Of a stretch of 64,000 nt of DNA, positions 59,397-64,000 are shown piece by piece; position 1 is the stretch's first letter; each line of letters begins with the position of its first letter. The notes beneath the pieces are model-generated. The model was not told the DNA's origin and did not search any database. It was given only the letters and a program-made list of their open reading frames with translations. A program made the translations under genes and the position numbers. Source of the stretch: Alphaproteobacteria bacterium. GTDB lineage: Bacteria > Pseudomonadota > Alphaproteobacteria > CADEGL01. The stretch is taken from assembly GCA_046349515.1 (NCBI GenBank), contig JAXMCE010000001.1:138186-202185 (forward strand), in the 5' to 3' direction.

Positions 59397-60977
59397 ATGA
59401 GCGGTCCAACCGAAAGCCGGAGCTTCGTCCATCGTCCCGTCGTGATGGGGCGGAAGGGCCTCATCGCCGCGGGCCACCACCGCGCCGCCGAAGCGGGCGC
59501 CGAAATCTTGCGCGCAGGCGGCAACGCGATGGACGCGGCGGTCACGGCAGCGGCCGTGCTCTCGGTCGCGATTCCGCACATGAACGGCCTCGGGGGCGAT
59601 GCCTTCGCGTTGTGGTTCGACGCCAAGTCGGGCGAGACGGTTGCGATCAACGGCAGCGGTGGCGCGCCCGCGCGCGCCACGATCGAGTCCTACCGCGCGG
59701 CCGGGCACGCAGCGATTCCCCAGCGCGGGCCTCTCTCGATCTCCGTACCGGGCGTGCTCGACGCGTGGGACGCATCGCTCAAGCGATTCGGCACGATCCC
59801 GCTCGCCCGCGCGCTCGAGCCCGCGATCGCGTTGGCCGAGGAGGGCCTGCCGCTCGACCGCCACCAGCGAGACCTGTTGAACGGCCAAGCCTACCGCGAT
59901 CTCGTGGCGGCGTGCCCTGCCCTCGGTGCGCTCTATGGGCCGACCGCGGGCCGGCGTCTCGGCGAGGTCGTGGCGCTCCCCGCCCTCGCCGCCACGCTCC
60001 GCCGGATCGCGAAAGAAGGCGCGGATTCCTTCTACCGCGGCGCGATCGGCGCCGCGATGACCGCCGATCTCAAAGCGGCGGGCGGCATCCTCGAGGCGAG
60101 CGATCTCGTGCCGCACCGGACGCTCATGGGCGCGCCGCTTTCGGTCGCCTTCCGCGGCCGGCGCGTCCATGCCAATCCGCCCAACACGCAAGGCCTGGCG
60201 CTCCTGGCCCTCCTCGGATTGCTCGATGCCGACGCGGCAACGGATGAGCCGTTCCTTGCCCGCTTCATGCGGGCGAAGGAGATCGCCTTCGCCGCGCGCG
60301 ACCGCTATCTCGGCGATCCCGATCACAGCCACGTGCCGGACGATCTCTTGACGCCCCAGGGCCTCGCGGCGTTCGCGCGGAACGAAGCCGGCGTAGGCGC
60401 ACGCGGGGGCGCACCCGCCGGCGGCGATACCTCGACGCTCGTCGTCGTCGACGGCGCCGGCAATGCCGTCAGCTGGGTGCAGAGTCTCTTCGAGGCTTTC
60501 GGCAGCGGCGTCGCCTCGCCCTCGACCGGCATCGTGTTCCACAACCGCCTGAGCCTCGCGAGCCTCACGCCCGGCGGCCCCAACAGCCTCGCGCCCGGCC
60601 GGCGGCCGTTCCACACGCTGTGCCCCGCGCTCGTGCTCAAGGACGGCGCATGCGAGTTCGCGCTGGCCACGCCCGGCGATCACGGCCAGCCCCAGACCCT
60701 CGCGCAGATCCTCGTCAACGTGCTCAACCGCGGCCTCGACATCCAGGAAGCGGTCGAAGCGCCGCGCATCCGCCACGATGCGGGAACGAAGGTCATGTAC
60801 GAGGACCGCCTCCCCGCCGATGCGGTGCGTCCCCTTTCGGCCGCGGGATACGTCCTCGAAAGCGTGGGCCCCTGGTCGCGCGTCATGGGCGGCGCCAATG
60901 CGATCCATTGTCTTGCCAACGGAACGCGCATGGCCGGCGCCGATCCACGGCGCGCAAGCTACGCCATCACCGCGTAG
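59397..60977 (+). CDS. ggt: Gamma-glutamyltranspeptidase family protein
   Basis: The GGT family fold is collinear: the N-terminal region NGLGGDAFAL, autoprocessing Thr (…GDTSTLVVVD…), and the GG motif near the C-terminus (MGGANAI). Confidence 0.8.
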   Translation: MSGPTESRSFVHRPVVMGRKGLIAAGHHRAAEAGAEILRAGGNAMDAAVTAAAVLSVAIPHMNGLGGDAFALWFDAKSGETVAINGSGGAPARATIESYRAAGHAAIPQRGPLSISVPGVLDAWDASLKRFGTIPLARALEPAIALAEEGLPLDRHQRDLLNGQAYRDLVAACPALGALYGPTAGRRLGEVVALPALAATLRRIAKEGADSFYRGAIGAAMTADLKAAGGILEASDLVPHRTLMGAPLSVAFRGRRVHANPPNTQGLALLALLGLLDADAATDEPFLARFMRAKEIAFAARDRYLGDPDHSHVPDDLLTPQGLAAFARNEAGVGARGGAPAGGDTSTLVVVDGAGNAVSWVQSLFEAFGSGVASPSTGIVFHNRLSLASLTPGGPNSLAPGRRPFHTLCPALVLKDGACEFALATPGDHGQPQTLAQILVNVLNRGLDIQEAVEAPRIRHDAGTKVMYEDRLPADAVRPLSAAGYVLESVGPWSRVMGGANAIHCLANGTRMAGADPRRASYAITA

Positions 60978-61036
60978 ATCGCGGGGCGAGGGCGCCGCCC
61001 ACCTTCCATCGCACACCGGGATATTGGAGTGCGGAC

Positions 61037-61064
61037 AAGCAAGGGGCGCACGCCCGAAGACGTG
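61037..61064. terminator. Perfect 10-bp GC-rich inverted repeat (possible ggt terminator or protein-binding site)
   Basis: GGGGCGCACGcccgaagaCGTGCGCCCC lies 60 nt downstream of the ggt stop. No U-tract follows on either strand. Confidence 0.35.
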
Positions 61065-61351
61065 CGCCCCGTACCCTCGGCAGCTCTTCACGAGGCTGAT
61101 CAGCCCAATGCAGCCGACGCGAAGAGGCCGAACCCCACCAAGGAGGAAGGCGTGTGCGCCACTTGGTGAGGGTGGGGAGCAACCCGCATGCCAAGGATGA
61201 GCAAGGTGAAGGTCGGCGGACAGGTGCCGGATTCGCCGCGTCTTTTCGAAATTGCCACGCGCGCGCGCATCAAGGCGTCCGGGTGATATGACCCTCGAAT
61301 GGGGCAACTGCCCCACCGCGGAATGCCGGTCCACTCGCCGCGATGGCGCGG

Positions 61352-62770
61352 TCAGGAGCGGAGGCGATACTTCTCGATGCGGTAGCGGAGCGTGTCGCGG
61401 GAGATGCCAAGAATGCGCGCGGCCTCGGTCACGTTGCCGCCCGAATCGGCAAGCGCCTTCTTGATGAGGTCGCGTTCGACGGCCGCAAGCCGTCCGCCTG
61501 GAGCCTCTTCACCGTCAGCCGATCCGGCCGTCGCCGGCGCGTCGGGCGAGGGCGCGCCCGGCGGCTCGAGGATCGATCCCCGTTGGAGCGCCAAGTCGGC
61601 CGCATCGATCTCCCGTCCTTGGGACAGGAGCGCCGCCTGCTCCATGACATTGCGCAGCTCGCGCACATTGCCGGGCCAGCCATGGCGGCGGAGCGCCGTC
61701 TCGGCCGCATCGCCGAGGCGCAGGCCGGGCCGGCCGTACCGGCGCCCGAGCTCGTCGAGAAAGTGCCGCGCCAGGAGAATCACGTCGTCGCCCCGCGCGC
61801 GCAGAGGCGGCAGTTCGATCGTCATGACGTTCAAGCGGTAGTAGAGATCGGAGCGGAACTTGCCGTCGCGCACCAGGGACTCGAGCGCGCGGTTCGTCGC
61901 GGCGATGAACCGCACGTCGACGGTGCGGTCGCGCACGCTGCCGACGCGGCGAACCGACTTGTCTTCGAGGAACTTGAGAAGCTTCGCCTGGACCGCGAGG
62001 TCGAGCTCGCCGATCTCGTCCAGGAAGAACGTGCCCGTGTCGGCCGCTTCGACGAGGCCGATCTTGCGCTCCTTGGCGCCCGTGAAGGCGCCCCGCTCAT
62101 GGCCGAAGAGTTCGGATTCGACGAGATCGGTCGGGATCGAGGCGCAATTGAGCTCGATGAAGGGCCGCGCCTTCCGCGCGCCCGCATAGTGAAGCGCGCG
62201 CGCGACGAGCTCCTTGCCGGTCCCCGTCTCGCCGGTGATGAGGACGTTGGGAGGCGACCCCTCCGCCAAGCGCCGCTCGGCCTCGAGCAGCTGCTCGACC
62301 CGCCGCTTGACCGCAAGGATGGGCGGCGAGGCGCCGAGGATCTTGTCGAGGCCGCTCGTCCCCGCCTCGCGGCCCCGGTAGTAGCTGAGCGCGCCCTCGA
62401 GCCGCCCTTCCCCCACGGCCTTGTCGATGAGCAGCTTCAACTCGCCCAGCACGACGGGCTTGCTGAGATAGTCGTAGGCGCCGGCCTTCATGGCATCGAC
62501 CGCCACCTGGACGCTGCCATGCGCCGTCATGAGGATCACCTTGACCTGGGAATCGAGCGCCTTCATGCGCTCGAGAAGATCGAGGCCGTTCAAGTCGCCC
62601 GGCAGGTTGTAGTCGAGAAGCACGAGGTCCGGCTTGAACGCGTCGAACGCCGCGAGCGCGGCCTCGCCGTTCGTCGCCACCTGAACGTCGTAGTCGTATT
62701 GCTCGAGGAAGCGCTTGACGTTCTTCCCCAGGATTTCCTCGTCCTCGACGACCAGGATGGCTTGCGTCAT
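61352..62770 (-). CDS. Sigma-54-dependent response regulator (NtrC/NtrX-like; REC + AAA+ + Fis HTH)
   Basis: REC domain (VVEDEE...D...K), Walker [15 protein letters not shown] sigma-54 contact motif, [15 protein letters not shown], and a C-terminal Fis-type HTH ([23 protein letters not shown]). Confidence 0.85.
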   Translation of the reverse strand: MTQAILVVEDEEILGKNVKRFLEQYDYDVQVATNGEAALAAFDAFKPDLVLLDYNLPGDLNGLDLLERMKALDSQVKVILMTAHGSVQVAVDAMKAGAYDYLSKPVVLGELKLLIDKAVGEGRLEGALSYYRGREAGTSGLDKILGASPPILAVKRRVEQLLEAERRLAEGSPPNVLITGETGTGKELVARALHYAGARKARPFIELNCASIPTDLVESELFGHERGAFTGAKERKIGLVEAADTGTFFLDEIGELDLAVQAKLLKFLEDKSVRRVGSVRDRTVDVRFIAATNRALESLVRDGKFRSDLYYRLNVMTIELPPLRARGDDVILLARHFLDELGRRYGRPGLRLGDAAETALRRHGWPGNVRELRNVMEQAALLSQGREIDAADLALQRGSILEPPGAPSPDAPATAGSADGEEAPGGRLAAVERDLIKKALADSGGNVTEAARILGISRDTLRYRIEKYRLRS

Positions 62771-62771
62771 G

Positions 62772-64000
62772 TCAGGCGCTCGCGACCGGAAGCCTCAGGA
62801 TAGCCGTCGTCCCCCTACCAGTCGCGCTTGCGAGGTCAAGCGTGCCGCCATAGCGCGCGACGATCCGCCGCGAGAGCGCGAGGCCGACGCCAAGCCCGCC
62901 CTGCTTCGTCGTGAAGAAGGGACGAAAGGCCTTCCGTGCGGCTTCGGCCGTGAGGCCGGCCCCCGTGTCGCTCACGCGGATCTCGACGGACTTGGCTTGG
63001 CCGTCGTGGCTCGTCTCGAGCTTCAGCTCGCCGTCCTTGGGCATGGCTTCGAGCGCGTTGGCGATGAGACTGTTGAGCACCTGTCCGATCGGCGCAGGAT
63101 TGGCACCCGCCGACGGAAGCTTCTCGGCGAGCGCCAAGCGCGGCGTGATGCGCTGGCGCTCCAAGGCCTGCTGCCAGCCTGCGAGGCTCGTGCGCACGAC
63201 CGCATTGAGGTCGGTCGGCTCCGAGGTCGGCCCTTCGCTCCGCGCGTAGATGAGAAGCTCGCGCACCCAGCGGTCGAGGCGATCGGCCTCCCCGATGATG
63301 TCGCCGGCCGCTTCGCGCGCGAGGGCGAGATCCGCCGTCGCCGCGATCTCGGCCGAGGAGCGCATCGCGGCCAGGGGATTGCGGATGCTGTGGGCGACGG
63401 CCGAGGCCATCTCGCCCATCGCGGCAAGCGTTTCGCTCTCAACCAGGCGCTGCTGCTGCGCACGGATGACGGCGCCCGCGCGCCGCACGATCCAGAACAG
63501 GGTCACGTAGAGGAAGACGCCGCCGATGCCGGCGCTCGCCCACACCAGGCGATTGCCCCGGTCGATCGTCTCCTGGAGGACACGCGGAAACTTGTAGATC
63601 TCGACGACGCCGACGACGTTGCGCCTGTCCTTGTCCCAGATGGGAATGTAAGCCTCGATCAAGGTCGCGCGCGGATCCATGCCCTCGAAGAGGACATGCT
63701 CCGCCTTCTCCATCTCCTCCCTGTGCTCGGCCTTGACCTCGACATGGCCGGCGAAGGCGCGATCGAGATCCGGATTGCCCTCGAAGCGCTGGCCGGTGAG
63801 CTCGCTCTTGCTCGACCAGATGAGCCGCCGGTCGCGGCCGTAGACATTGGCGCGCACCACATCGGGAAGACGCGACAGCTCGGCGAAGAACGGCTCGACG
63901 ACCGGGCTGGCCTGGCTCAACTCTTCGCGCTCGGAGAAATAGGCGGCCGCGTTCTCGGCTTCGACGAAGCGCTCGATGAGCTGCATGCTCAGATTCGCCT
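62772..64000 (-). CDS. Sensor histidine kinase, 3'-truncated by the window edge in genomic order (N-terminus may lie beyond 64000)
   Basis: TM segment, H-box ([16 protein letters not shown]), N-box ([10 protein letters not shown]), G1/G2 (DTGAGL...[10 protein letters not shown]). The stop lies 1 nt from the response regulator start. Confidence 0.8.
   Translation of the reverse strand, partial: ANLSMQLIERFVEAENAAAYFSEREELSQASPVVEPFFAELSRLPDVVRANVYGRDRRLIWSSKSELTGQRFEGNPDLDRAFAGHVEVKAEHREEMEKAEHVLFEGMDPRATLIEAYIPIWDKDRRNVVGVVEIYKFPRVLQETIDRGNRLVWASAGIGGVFLYVTLFWIVRRAGAVIRAQQQRLVESETLAAMGEMASAVAHSIRNPLAAMRSSAEIAATADLALAREAAGDIIGEADRLDRWVRELLIYARSEGPTSEPTDLNAVVRTSLAGWQQALERQRITPRLALAEKLPSAGANPAPIGQVLNSLIANALEAMPKDGELKLETSHDGQAKSVEIRVSDTGAGLTAEAARKAFRPFFTTKQGGLGVGLALSRRIVARYGGTLDLASATGRGTTAILRLPVASA

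Noticed and set aside
61187-61285. 32-codon plus-strand small ORF (MPRMSKVKVGGQVPDSPRLFEIATRARIKASG) in the ggt / response regulator intergenic region
   Set aside because: It has an RBS-like purine run upstream, but it is short, has no recognisable family, and lies in a GC-rich spacer where random ORFs are frequent. It is not supportable without conservation or expression data.
59088-61334. 748-aa minus-strand ORF
   Set aside because: It is antisense to ggt and the flanking intergenic DNA. Its composition is low complexity.
61343-62803. 486-aa plus-strand ORF
   Set aside because: It is antisense to the sigma-54 response regulator, whose Walker A, GAFTGA and HTH motifs are unambiguous on the minus strand.

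Overview
This window is a high-GC (~68%) chromosomal segment. Conserved gene order and protein similarities point to an alphaproteobacterium, plausibly Rhizobiales-like (inference). I support about 58 protein-coding genes and found no rRNA, tRNA, CRISPR array, transposase or integrase.

The core content includes two classic operons on the minus strand: lepB-rnc-era-recO and acpS-pdxJ-spoT/rel-rpoZ, with folK immediately upstream of rpoZ. Other core genes are smpB, dapA, parC, slt, ilvA, speE, ggt and an isolated flagellar stator pair, motA-motB.

The accessory and metabolic content is richer:
- A partial dihydropyrimidinase, a GST, a Rv2258c-like methyltransferase, a secreted AcpA-like phosphoesterase, several alpha/beta hydrolases, a Sel1-repeat protein, an SDR and an EamA transporter.
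- A bidirectional candidate catabolic locus. On one side is a translationally coupled GNAT - MatB-like malonyl-CoA synthetase - HAD hydrolase - 794-aa penicillin/AHL-acylase-family Ntn hydrolase operon. It is divergent from an alpha/beta hydrolase - DAO-type flavoprotein - RraA-like gene set.
- A TRAP transporter with two tandem paralogous solute-binding proteins, convergent with dctQ-dctM across a shared bidirectional terminator.
- A clear cobalamin riboswitch (B12 box CAAGCCAGGAGACCTGCC) directly upstream of an OprB-family porin.
- A roughly 970-aa secreted alpha/beta-hydrolase (AYSKG nucleophile elbow) fused to a von Willebrand A domain (DISGSM MIDAS motif).
- A bactofilin / M23 peptidase pair beside an unusually long 680-bp non-coding region.
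- A large AsmA-like protein, a YHS-like periplasmic protein, and a sigma-54 response regulator with its histidine kinase (3' end of window).

Many long ORFs in the six-frame track run antisense to these genes. I treat them as GC-driven artefacts. Their translations are Arg/Ala/Gly/Pro-rich low-complexity sequence, whereas the sense frames give proteins I recognise.
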